From positions 1,984,001 to 2,048,000 of the forward strand of contig CM082598.2 of the NCBI GenBank assembly GCA_040954595.2: a stretch of 64,000 bases of DNA, read 5' to 3'. Made by a program: the position numbers and the translations under genes. The DNA comes from Balanoglossus misakiensis (lineage: Eukaryota > Animalia > Hemichordata). Of the stretch, positions 39,991 to 52,244 are shown in pieces (position 1 is the stretch's first letter; each line of letters starts with the position of its first letter). Under the pieces are notes generated by a model, which was given only the letters and a program-made list of their open reading frames with translations, searched no databases and was not told where the DNA came from.

Positions 39991-40939
39991 TACTGACGCA
40001 TGAGATTTGATGGTTCGGGTAAAGGTATACGGTCACCTATGCAAATTTAGCTACCGTTACCATGGTAGATTTTCAGTGGATGGCACACGTCAAAAAAGGA
40101 GTGCCACTATATGTTCTTTAGAACACTCAAATACGACATTTCAGATGGACGTATGTAAATTGGTGGTGAAGGTGTACCTTTAGTTTGCGGATAAAAGTTA
40201 AAAACAACTTGTGATTCGCTAGTAATCCATTCAGCTAGTTTGCAAGCATATTACATATACTGATGTGCTGACAAAAGCTACTGTATCTTTTGATGTTGGT
40301 GATGGTGTATTGTTATGCGGAAAAATGCAGCATGATTTTTGTGTATTGTCGATTGGCAGGGTAACATTAAAAATCATTAATATGGTATAACTAAGTTATT
40401 AACATTTCTGTTAGTTTGAAAGAGGAGTATTTCCAAACAAACTTACTGTTGTCTAATTCTTGATAATGCTATGAGAAATAAACGAGTGGATGCAGGGCTC
40501 TGTGAAACTTCTTGTTGTTTGTGTACAGTTAAGCAAACATAGTGACACACACACACCCACACTGACACACACATACAGTCACATACATAGTCTTAGTACA
40601 CAGCCATACATACACTCACACATTCTCAATACACATCCATATATACACATATAATATATACAGACTCGTGCATGCACAGAAAAATGTGCAAAGCAAAATA
40701 ATTAATAATAAATATAATGTGAGTCAACAAGAACAATGTTATATTGCTTCATTGTATGTATTCTAAGACATAAAGAGATTTAGCAAGTAGCCCTACATAT
40801 TATCTTTAATCCTTAATTGACCTTGATGTTGAACTGGAAGAGCGTGCAACATGTACTGCAGTACACTTGTTTATATTTCGTTGTTTTGGGTGTTCCGGGT
40901 CGCCATGGAAATGAGGATGGCAAAATGATGTTCATGATG

Positions 40940-42603
40940 TTAAGGAGATGTGCTATGGCAAAATGGATCTGAATAAAAACAATATATATGATGTATGGTT
41001 AGTAATAGTAATTCTCGCTATTTTAACAACAACAGCACAAATAATGATGATGATTATGATGAGGATGACAAAAATGCTGAGAGTAGCATCAACAACATTA
41101 ATAACAAAGTTTTATAAGTATTGAAAGGAGATTTTATAAAAGCTGTTAGTCTGTTTTCTAATGAGAAAGTTGATAGCAACGTTCTGTATTATAATGTAAT
41201 TGTTTCTTTATAGCCAACTAAAATATTACCTGGAATTTCGCAAATAAATCCTTTAGGTCTTTGATCACAATATTCATCATCCCATTCACCTCCATTTCCA
41301 TTTTTAAAGCTGTAATAAAGGAATGTCTTTATTTTACAAAAAGTGACTAACAAATGAAAGAATTAGGTTTGTGTCAGAGTCTACACATAAAAATTCAACC
41401 AGAAAACTTCAATTCAGAATCGAGGTAATTTGACTTGCCATAACTGGACACAATCTTGTCCGCTTGGGTCCTTTTTGACGTTGTTGTCAGGTTGATTCGG
41501 AGCCCAGTTGTCGTAGTCTCCTGGGCACTGACTTACACCGTCACTCCAGATATATTCGCCCTCAACCAGACTATCAGAGAGGCCGATCCAGAATCCATTG
41601 TGAGTGATACACGTTGTACCATCTAACCCGTGATCCACGATGAATGTGCTTACAATCGAGTTGGTGGCGTTATCTCGCAGAATCGCCAAGCGACCGGGGG
41701 GACCGTTTTGCTGTATGGAACGTGTGGTGCAGAAATCGCTGGCTTGTTGTTGGTAGGGGTGATCATTTTCTGGTTGCTCACAGTACACCTCGTAAACAAT
41801 ACACATGCATTGAACACCATCCAGGTGTTCAATGAATGTTCCTGTATGCGAAATGTACAAATGTACGCGACAATTAATTTTTGCGTTCTCGTATTTTCTC
41901 TGCATCAGTTTTTCCAAAAAACATTTTTACGCGAGTTTTAATTTTTGTGTGTTTTTGGCTCATGCAAAGTTCGCGAAAATTGAGTGTTTATTTTTATGTG
42001 CAAATACATCATTTGTACTGCCCAGAAGATGGTAAAGATGTACTCTATGATATAAACTTCAAACTGTACAGATAGCAATTGCTCCTGCAAGTTCAATACA
42101 TGCATTTTCAATGCAGTGTTTTGAAAATATGACACCTACCTTCTAAGTCATATCCCTATTTGAGTTGTAATATAGTTAGAGCACAGAGACAACAATCAGT
42201 GTTGTTAATAATGGACATGTAAATTTCATATTGCAATATTTGAATATGTTAATTTACGCATAAAGGGCAAAATCTTTTTGTCGCAGTACTAGTCAACTGT
42301 TCCTTCAGTTTAACCCTTTCACCCCCAGTTCCCTCTCTTGCGGTCCACCTTTACCATAGAAAACAATGGATTTAGACTAAACCATGGTGGTGACAGGGTT
42401 AATCAGATGGTAGAAATAGTCACCCTCAGTATAGACCACCACTGAAATGGACCAGTTTCATTGCACAAACATGAATAGTTTAGATTGTCAGAATACAAGC
42501 GATTAATTATCATTTTTATGATAAATAGAATAATTATACGTACATGTGTCACATACATCATACAGACAACCAACATCAGTTTGATATCCATAGTTAGTGC
42601 CAT
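40940..42603 (-). CDS. Secreted single-domain C-type lectin (QPD/WDD motifs), about 195 aa
   Basis: Exons (minus): 42603-42544 (signal peptide MALTMDIKLMLVVCMMYVTH), 42155-42140 (16-nt micro-exon GYDLE), 41841-41439, 41309-41230, 40968-40940; 588 nt. Motifs GRLA, GFWIGLSD..EGEYIWSDG, YDNWAPNQPDN, QDCVQL, EWDDEYC, GFICEIP. Needs a GC donor after 41439. Probable 5' UTR exon ending at about 44088. Confidence 0.85.
42310..42402 (+). mobile_element. piggyBac-type MITE (family A)
   Basis: TTAACCCTTTCACCCC...TACCATAGAAAACAATGG...CCATGGTGGTGACAGGGTTAA. Confidence 0.85.
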
Positions 42604-45600
42604 CTGAAAATGTAATAAATATTTGCATATTCTTCACTCATATTTGATGGCATTTGAGCCAAATTGTCGCAAATTTGCCTGGTTTTCAGTCAACCAGGCC
42701 TGGATGGACGTATTGAGAAAACTAAAGGTAATATCAAATGTGGTGTGTGGATACGAAACCACTATAGAAAGAATATTCTAGACTTTCCGCCCTATGAAAA
42801 AGCACTCGCTTAGATATTTTAAGGTTCACATATGTGTAGGTGGTTTTTGAATGGTTTTCAATGTACGCTATTTTAAAGTTTGTACATATGCGGGTATATG
42901 ATGCAGGTATTCTTGATTTGAGTTGGAATGAGGACGTACACCACAGTGTTCTCCCCTCAGCAATAAAACCATATGGTGGCCGTCACCTTAAAAGGCGATC
43001 GTCTTATGCGCATGTGCGTAATTTCGTGTGTACAAACACTACGCTCAATCAAAATGTTCTGCAAATTTTGCATTCAACACATTCAAATGATGGACTGCCT
43101 TTGCTTCCTTCCATTTTTCATGCGTGCCCAATAACTGAATAAGTAGACTTCAGTTTTGTCCCTTCTTTTCACCTAATTTGCTGTCTTTTCCCGATCTCCA
43201 ACACAGACTTAGTGGCCATCATGTCTGTTGTTAGGACAGTACTCTGCAACAGGGCATTGACTGTATACAATTTTTCCAACCGAAGTCTCTGGTTTGGCAC
43301 ATGCCAATTTTGACAAAACAGAAGAACTTCATCAACGTGGCAGTTATTTCTATCATAATGCAAATAAGCGAGAAAAACAAGCGATCCCATAAAATTTCAT
43401 AACATATGTTCTTTATAGCCTGAAACTACTGAGCTGTAGCTCAGCATATGATTATTGTTATTATTAGTTATTCCGTGAAAAGGGCACATACAGACTGTTT
43501 TATTAAAGGAAAAATGATTATTTTCGATCTCTATAGGAAACAGCAAAATACAGTACAGAACAGGTGTTTTATGGTCAGATTTCCTTGTGCAAGTATAGTG
43601 AAGCGTGAACCATTGGACAGAATGATGATTTTTTTCGGGCAGGTTGTTTTGAATACCACAACGGAGTCTGTCCATGCATGTATACATGCTCAGTTGTCCA
43701 TGCATCATTTAGACCACCTGGAGCCATTTCTCGAACAGTGAACAGTTTTTGTTAAATGTTCAATTTTGACGACTACGTCAAACTAATATGGGGGTCACAC
43801 AAGACGGTTCTGAAACGTCTCAGATGAAATACTGGCGTAAATTATTATGACGTGAGACCTGGCCAAACCTGATAAGTAAGGATTAACACGTCCTCTCCGC
43901 AACCCATTGTTTTTTTTGTGTGTGGACACAACGCAACTCAAAGAATTATAATGCTCTGTGTTTACCAGAGGCAAATACATGTAGTGTCTCAAATTTTACC
44001 CTGTGTAAACTTGGTATAAAATGGCCTAAATAAGTAAGGTGCGAAAGAGCGTAGATTAGAAGTTTATCAAAAAGCATGTTTTCTTACCTCGATAGCAGAT
44101 CACGCACTCATGCAACACAGCAATATTGATGTTGTTTTATTTTATTTTAGGAACAATATTCAAATTCTTTCATAAATATGCAAGCAAGAAGCACTCTGTG
44201 TGAGAGATAAATCAAACTATTTCTGTTGTGGTGTTCTCAGACGCGACTGCATTTCAAACATGTGTCCCAAACAGCAGACTTTAATACACATTAAATTGCA
44301 TAATCTATACATATTTCTTTCATGTCCTAACAAGAATGTCAAATATCTACAAAACCACTGAAGCAGGGAGTTTAGAAAGCAGAGTGTTCCGGTGATAAGC
44401 ACATCATTTTAAGTTTTATGGGAATATCAACTCTATCAGTCACTGAAAATTTCCTCACGATTTATTTGGCAATGTAAATAAATCCACAATATTCCATTGA
44501 TTTGTCATGTTACCCTGACTTTTAACTGTAGTTGAAGTGTGGTCCAGTCATTGGATCAAAAGGGGCTTATTTGGTAAAGGAAAGTTGTATGTTGAAAGAC
44601 TAAAACATGCAGACACGAAGTTTACATGCCAGGACATGCAAATGTCCTTAATGCAGTCTAGTGTTTAAATTTAAAGGTACGTGGCCACTGTTACCATGGA
44701 AACCTCAATGGGTGGTATACTGAAAGTGTCAGCTACTGGGGCTTTATCTCAGAGCCATTGAATGCTATTGTGGGATAGGTCTGAACTTATACCTGTCTCA
44801 GAATGAGCTTTTTGTAAGAAAATAGAAGAAAAATATGCTGTGGTCTCGTAAAATCCAAACATATGGTTTAGTATTGATCTATTTGGCACCTGTCTGTATA
44901 ATCACACAACAAAACTGCGAATAACAACTGAATACGAAACAACATTCAGTGATTCGAAATTTATAACCATCTGCTAGTGAATTGTACCAGAAGACAGGAC
45001 TTGTTCGAGCTGGAAAAGTTAGTCATGCTTCCTTAAACCATTTTTTCTTGTTAAACCATCTGCTTGGAAAAAATTCTGGCATAATTAAACATCATTGCAT
45101 GGTCTGTTAGAAATTACTTTGTTCAGAACAGGAAGAATTAGTTAACCTTGGTTAAACCGTTTGTTCTGACAAACACTTCTTCTAAACACATGGTTTTGAA
45201 AACATGTGTCAGGCATGTGTAGAATTGTCTTCATGTTGAGTACATCCATTGATGTGTGCTGACATTAAAAGAGCTGGTTAAACCATGGGGTGCTACTCCT
45301 ATTGTTGATTACCTGTGATAGTACATTATCAAATGTACAATTTGTGAATGGTCGTGTTTAGGAGAGGCACCCACATTGTCAACCAATTTGCTTATAAGTA
45401 GGATGATTTTTCTACGAAGGACCATTCTCGACTTTTACGGACAGTATAAGGTAAGGCTTGATTTGTTTTGTTAACAATTTAAACAGAAATCCGAAGTTTT
45501 TACTTTTTATGTGATCCAGTATTTTGTGAATCTTATTCTCATGCACGGTTTATATTGTGAAAAAAAATTGCACTGTGACCAGTATTTTGTCATCTGAATG

Positions 45601-45637
45601 TAAATGACAATATTTTTTTTCCCTTTTCAGTCTCGCA

Positions 45638-48600
45638 ATGACTATATTGGCAATTGTCACTATACTTCTTGGTTCAGCTAGCATCATAACAGCTAACGTA
45701 AGTATTCCCTTATGTGGACTGGGACCACGGAAAAATCTTTTTAGGAGAGTATACAGTATTGTAACACACCATGCAGCGAACCCTCGATCGTGATTCGTCA
45801 ATACACCATCACGTGACCTTAGTCATTTCGAACTGTTCCCTAGGGCATCAGTTCGATCGGTTTCTGCCCGGTACTGTTGCCCCGTCTTGATATAATTCCG
45901 TCTTTGGTGTGTTACAAAACACATGACGACTGACATATTCGGGCAACAGTGTATTTTTGATGACCTCGGGACTGCCAGTCACACCAAAACAGACTGTTTT
46001 AGTTGTGACTAGCAGTGCCCTCGGTCATCAAAATACACTGTTGCCCTCATTGTCAGTCATCATGTGTATATTGTTCTCTCTTCTGTGTGTGTGTGTGTGT
46101 GCATGTCTGTCTGCTAGCAGGATGTCTCAAGGACGGCTGATCAAATTTCCATCAGCTTTTTAATTGCGAATGGCAAGAACTAATTTGGGCAGCTTTGTGA
46201 TGAAAATATTGAAACCGGGCGACTGCTGTATTTTCATTACTGGATATGCAGTGTATGTATTTATGTAGCAAGGAATTTTTCGGAGCTTTGATCAACTCAG
46301 TTTCATTGCATAAAATACAGTCAAACCTGTGTTAGTGACCACCTCTATATAGTGACCACCTCTATATAGTGACCACTATATGTTACAGTCCCTGTGCAAC
46401 TTACATGTGCATTTATTGACCTGTCTATAAAGACCACCTGTCTATAAAGGCCAGTTTATGAAAGTCCCTTGACTGGCCACTATACACAGGTTTGACTGTA
46501 CTTTTAATAAGAGTCTGTTTATAGTAGTTTCTCAAATGTAAATGATGATTTCTCAGGTTCTACATAGATCGTTCTGCAACGTGCACGTGTGATGCCCACT
46601 TTGTGGTCCACTGGCATCCAACATTTTGTGTGTAACAAATCAACATGCCAAAAAGATCCTTCGTGATTCACGCGAGGACATTCAGTTCACATCTGGTTAT
46701 GTTTCCTATATACATGATAATCCATCTTTGACTCATGCATTTTCCTTACTATTTTCCTTTTGCCTGACATGGTAGAAACCAGGTATGTTAAGTAATGTAA
46801 AATATGTTATTTTCTCGAGTTGAAATTTTCGCGATGTCGAGAGATGCCACTGTTACGCGAGTATTAATTTTCACGTTCTTGTTCTGCATCATTATCTCCG
46901 AAAAACTACTATTGTACGTTTATTTATCACATTTGTAGCAAGATTCTTGGCCACAAACCATGATGTTCAAACAAATTGCACGATGTGTAGAAAAACATGA
47001 AACCGCAACCATTTTAATAAATTACCTGCACTTTCAAACTGAAAAAAATGTTTGCGCGTGTGTTTGACTATCGTTCTATTACTAGTATTTACCACATTGT
47101 TCTTTCACAACTTTATTTTTCACGTGTTTTGGCTCTCGCGTATTTCGCGTAAATTTATTGCTCGCGAAAATAACATGTTTTACAGTATGATATTTGCTTG
47201 TCTATGTATTTATATTTCATTACTCATTCATTTGGTTAGAAGTTTAAATATCTGGTCGTGAACTCTTGTGTCAGCAATGGTCATATATTGTCCATTTATA
47301 AGTTCCTTGCTATCTCAACAACATACATGTATAACTATGCAGTGTGCAAGTCAAAATACTCAAAACATAGCCAAAAATATATTGTTTTATTGATTCTTTT
47401 GTATCACAGTTGCTCGAGTATGCATCTGCAGACAATTTGAGATATTTTGCCAACAAGACAAAACCAAGGAAGTAGGTCAAACTTATTATGACGCAGCCGA
47501 AGCTATCTGTCTCGGGCGTGGTGGTCGCCTAGCTCATCTGAGCACCGAGAGAGCCGATACTCTGGTTCGTGAAGCCATTCTCAACAATAATCTCCACCAG
47601 GAGCCTTGTATAACGAGGAAAGGTTTCTGGATTGGCCTCGATGATAGAAGTAACGAAGGCAACTTTGTGTGGTCAACTGAGTTCGGGTCGAATGCTTTTT
47701 CCAGTCAGGGTTGCCCGTACACAAACTGGGCAACTGGCAACCCAAATAACAATCAAAAGAAGGATTCGAATGGAGAGGATTGTGTTCAGTTATGGTAAGT
47801 ATGTTCCACCCGTCGTCCAACTCTCAGGCATAGAACGAGCAAAATAAATTGTCACGAACTTCGCTAAAGAGCTAAATATACGCGAAAATAAATAGATGCG
47901 AAATAACAGTGTGTACAATAGAATGTTTTTTTTCTGACTAATTAACTTGAAACAAAGAATTTAATTACTTTGGCCTTAATTGTTAACTTTTTCCATGACA
48001 ACATTCATTTTCATTCAGGTTTAGAGGTCAATCCCAAGGTCAATGGGATGATGAATATTGTGATAAAAGAGCCAAAGGTTTTATCTGTGAAGTACTGAGT
48101 AAGTCTCTGTCTGTCAATCAGCATGCCAGTTTGTTTATGTGTGTATGTACAGTATCTGGGTTTAGTATCGATGTAATTGTATCCAGAAAGGTCTGTTTGA
48201 TTCAAATCATAGATGATGTTCCAGACCATAGCACTGCTCTAGCTACTTGCCTTTAGTGCCTCTCATGAGAGGCATATCTTACTTCCATTTATCGGAAAAC
48301 ATACTTTTCATATTGACAATAGGATTAAGCTGAATTTTACCCATCCCAGTATTTTGGTTAAATCATAGACCCTCGAGGGTCTATGGTTAAATTCACATGA
48401 CAGTTGCACACCCACAAGAGCGGAAAAAACCCACCAAGCTTACATAACGCAAACATGCATAATGAGACTATCATTTACATATCAAAGAAAGTGACCATCT
48501 GGGTAAAGTTCAGTTTACTCCAACATTGTGTAAATGTCTGGTGGTGTCTCAGTGACACCAAGAGCTACTTAGTGATGATAGATGTTTTCTCCTCAGAGCG

Positions 48601-48750
48601 ATATTTTTGTAATTTAAAAATAAAACTCAGATCTTTTGAATGGGATCAACAGATTTGCCAGTGCACTTCTTCTATTCATACCACGGCACAGACTTACATA
48701 AAAATCATAATTATGTTTCAGATGACGATTGCTGCGATACGAAGTATTAG
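45638..48750 (+). CDS. Secreted single-domain C-type lectin (NPN/WDD motifs), about 186 aa; paralog of the divergent minus-strand lectin
   Basis: Exons 45638-45697 (signal peptide MTILAIVTILLGSASIITAN), 46776-46782 (inferred 7-nt micro-exon), 47410-47794, 48019-48098, 48722-48750; 561 nt. Motifs GGRLAHL, GFWIGLDDRSNEGNFVWS, YTNWATGNPNN, EDCVQLW, QWDDEYC, GFICEV. TATA-like TATAAG at 45393 and UTR-exon donor AAG|GTAAGG at 45450. Missed by the ORF track. Confidence 0.85.
45941..46046. repeat. Strong inverted repeat (stem of about 42 bp), probably part of an interspersed repeat
   Basis: GGGCAACAGTGTATTTTTGATGACC...CAGTCAC pairs with GTGACT...GGTCATCAAAATACACTGTTGCCC. Confidence 0.8.
46316..46500 (+). 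mobile_element. Tc1/mariner (pogo-like) MITE, family B
   Basis: TA-CAGTCAAACCTGTGT ... ACACAGGTTTGACTG-TA: perfect 15-bp TIR with TA target site; internal tandem AGTGACCACCTCTATAT. Confidence 0.9.
46792..47187. mobile_element. Non-autonomous DNA element with TACTGTAAAA...TTTTCGCGAG-type termini (family C)
   Basis: Left end TAATGTAAAATATGTTATTTTCTCGAG vs right end CTCGCGAAAATAACATGTTTTACAGTA. Related fragments at about 41860-41985, 47845-47915 and 52514-52590. Confidence 0.7.
48357..48392. mobile_element. 22-bp perfect palindrome flanked by a 7-bp direct repeat (minimal transposon or excision footprint)
   Basis: GTTAAAT-CATAGACCCTC|GAGGGTCTATG-GTTAAAT. Confidence 0.7.
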
Positions 48751-49821
48751 ACTTCCATTCACGTTCTTCAAGAGAAAAAAAGAAGCTGAAAAGGTCACCT
48801 GGCTTTACTTCCATGAAGTTCTCTGAAGACAATTGGATCCTGAAATGGCATATTGATTCGTTCATTAACAAACTATATTAACGCATAGAAGTAGCAGTGC
48901 ATGGGGTTGGTGCTGTAGGTATATCATTACAATATGACTTGCTGTATGTTTCATGATATTGCATTAAATTGACAACACGTACTGCAAACAAATTGAGGTT
49001 TCATTGTTTATTGTTTTGGTGCCCCGTAAATGTCACAATAATGAATACGGAAAAGTGGGTATAATTAATTTGAGATGGGTGGGATAGTATTATATTAATC
49101 GGGATACACATGTATATTCAATCATTGTGTTTTCATCCATTGAAGGAAAATGAACATTGTGAAAAAGGAAATTATTCTGAATGAAACACACCCCTAAAAG
49201 GTTTCGGAACAAAACAAACCAAAACAAAACACAAACGTAACAATCAAATCCAATCAAAACAAAATATTCTGTGTTTATGTCGTAGAGGGTGCCAGTGGTC
49301 AAACCTGGCATCAGCAAGCTGTGGTTCTGTTCTGCTGTAACTTGTACTAATGTGCTCTGTGAGCGTAGGTATTATCAAACACTAAAATTACACACTGCAA
49401 CTGCCAAGAACAGTCAACAAACGTCATTCCTGAAAATCTGCAGTTTTGCTATCCAAAGTACAGTAAAAGTATTATGCATTTCAGTTATTTTAATGATCAT
49501 TGTCTAAGTTCTGTCATAGAATAGATTTCCATGTACATAGTGAGATGATAGGGTACGTGCCAACCCAGAAATATTATGGATGTAATATTAGTTTACTACT
49601 TCCATGAGAAGACTGACTCTCTCTGGCGACAGTTAATTTCGGGATTTGATGAGAAGACGTGAATGTGAATGGCGAGGAGATGTTCATGTGTGACCCTAAT
49701 TGACATTGAACCGTGTGGGACTGTCTGAAGTTGATCATACCACAAGGTAGGAACAATTTCTATTACAGTACATGCACTGCAAATTAATATTCATTTATTT
49801 TAAGGACCGAAGCAACCAAGG

Positions 49822-49848
49822 TGATGATGATGATGATGATGATGATGA
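49822..49848. repeat. (GAT)n microsatellite
   Basis: Direct reading. Confidence 0.9.
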
Positions 49849-52244
49849 GTGGAAGATCATCCATTGAGAGATCTCTCAGTCACCGACTTTCCAAGTGAGA
49901 ATTAACACACTTTGACTCGGATCAATTTCTGTGCAGAACTGGTACACCGCGACAATCAGCTTCACTCGATCCTCAAGAGGAACCAGATAACTCAGAAGAT
50001 GACTGCACATCGCTCATCAAGCATATCTTGTAAGTATACCTTGGACACTTTGGTTGTGAAAACATCAACATGGTATTTTGATGCAATTCTTTTTATCATA
50101 GTTGGAAACTGGCTGAGAAACTGCTTGCCAAATTGGCTTTGAAATTTCCTTTGATTATCCTCCACAGATATAAAAAATTTACCAAGAGCTTGACAACATT
50201 ATCTCGTAAATTATTTGAACATCTTACCACTGTACTAACCATTCTGGTGCTGTAGTATTCATTGCACAAAACTGTCAGGGACTTGGTAGACTTTTAACAG
50301 ATTTCATGAAAGATCTCGTGTTATAATTATCAAGTCCATTCTTGTCAAATGATAAACAGAGAACAACTTGTTAGAAACTTTCATAGGTGTCCAAATATTT
50401 AATCTGTCAATATTTTAAAAAGTATTTTCTTTTTAATTAGTAACTTTCACCAGTTACCAACTATTTATTCTGTCAACATTACTGTATTTTCTTTTTAATT
50501 AGTAACAGCTTGTATTGGTGTTTTTCTTATTTTCACTGACAAAGCTTATTCTTTGCATCGCTACATAAACAGCTGAACTCGGTGTTATTTCTTCTTTCAA
50601 TTTTCGAGCATGTTCTACGTCTTTTGAAAACGTTCCTGAGTCTTTTGTTGCCACGGATGTAATAGAAATTGTTGAAGTACAAAATAAATCGTTGTTTAAT
50701 ATATTTCTTGACGACACATTTTAAGATCCGTTGTCGGAGATTGTGCAACCCTAAAAGTCAACTCACCTAGGGAGCCACACTTTAACTATTGTCTTCTATT
50801 GTGACGTTTCTTTTGTTGTTGGTTGTTTAATATTAACTAAACAATTAAATGTCCGATGCATATGGAAAGCTGTTCACAAAAGACCATTTAAACTGATCCA
50901 GCAACCTTACACTGAGGTATGTATAGTTCAATTGTCGGCAAAGAAAGTGTCTTTTCTGAGTTGTTTCTAAAACTGTTGACTCGGTCCAAGGTGCAGTGAT
51001 TGCGACGTCTCTGGAATCTTAGATCGCGCGGTTATTTGCTGTGTGAAAAGCACAGCTTCTTTGAGAAGGTCAGTTTGATTTCGTATTTTACAAGAAGTCT
51101 CATTTGTGGAGTCTCAAGTTGTCCAGTTTTGGTAAAGTTAGGCTCAGGTATTCTTGGTGCCATGCATGCAAGTCAAGCAGGGATTTTATAATTAGGAAAC
51201 TCCTAGTCACATGACGTTGACATGACATCGAGGTGACCTGGTGTGTCGTTACTCTACAACGATAAAACCTCATGTTCATTCAGTGTTTGTACTATAAGGA
51301 AACTACTGTCGTATTTTGCTGGGTGTTGATCATTGTTGGCAGGCGTCCATGGCCAGTAGCCACTTTAAGCGCAGCGCCAACCTGTTGATTGTCATGCGAT
51401 AGGAATGTATAATATAACCGTCTTGAGATTGCAGTTTGATTACTGCGGAATGCGCATATTTTTGGTACACATGTCACTGTTCACTGGTCAAAATTATGTT
51501 GTTCTTATAGCGGTGTTCCTATTACTTGTAGGAGTTTTTATTTTATTGATTTTCGAGCCAAAATTGGCAGGAAAGGTGTGATTTTGATCTCTAATCTACC
51601 TCTGTTCAAATATAACTGAGTGGTTCAAGTAAATAAACAGTATGATTGGCATGGCAATTATCTTTGTCAGTCAAACTACCATGTAACATACATGAGGTAG
51701 AATATATAGTAGATGTCTGATATACAATGTAAGCTAGCTACTTTGTTTTCATGGCTCTTTTGGGTTGATTGGGTAATTATTCAGAGCTGTGGTTTTGCTG
51801 GGTGGGTTTGTACACTGATCTCTTCCATTGAAACTGAGCATAGCCTAGCCAGTCACCCATACATAGTAGCATGGTCACTATTGTAGCAATTATGTTGGAG
51901 TTGCCTCAACTTTATATACATGGGGATTGTCCTTTTAGTCAACTCTGATTTCATTTGGGAATTTTGGATTTGATCTATTTTGGTTATGCTGTAAACTATA
52001 CATGATGTGTGACAAACTACCCTGTAACATACATGACACAGGTGAAATATATAAGATGTCTGTTTAAGCTGCTTTACACACATTTCAACATGTTCATTTT
52101 ACATGTGCTTTTGTTTTGATCATTTGAATTCTAGGTATATCACCATGTTTTTAATTTCCAGAGTTGTCCCTATAGTGAGCATAAATGTGTTTTGAAATTG
52201 TGTTCTCTGGTAGAAAAAATAAACAATATTTTTTGCAATTACAG

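Noticed and set aside
40917-40965. 11-bp direct repeat (CATTTTGCCAT on minus) suggesting an insertion truncated a longer His-rich C-terminus of the C-type lectin
   Set aside because: The paralog's last coding exon is also exactly 29 nt, so the current stop is probably ancestral.
48811-48850. ATGA...AA...TGAA SECIS-like pattern in the lectin 3' UTR
   Set aside because: Spacing from ATGA to AA is too short and helix II does not pair.
49823-50029. Frame starting at (ATG)n with one in-frame TGA running to the donor at about 50029
   Set aside because: The ATGs come from a microsatellite; a single stop in about 70 codons is expected by chance.
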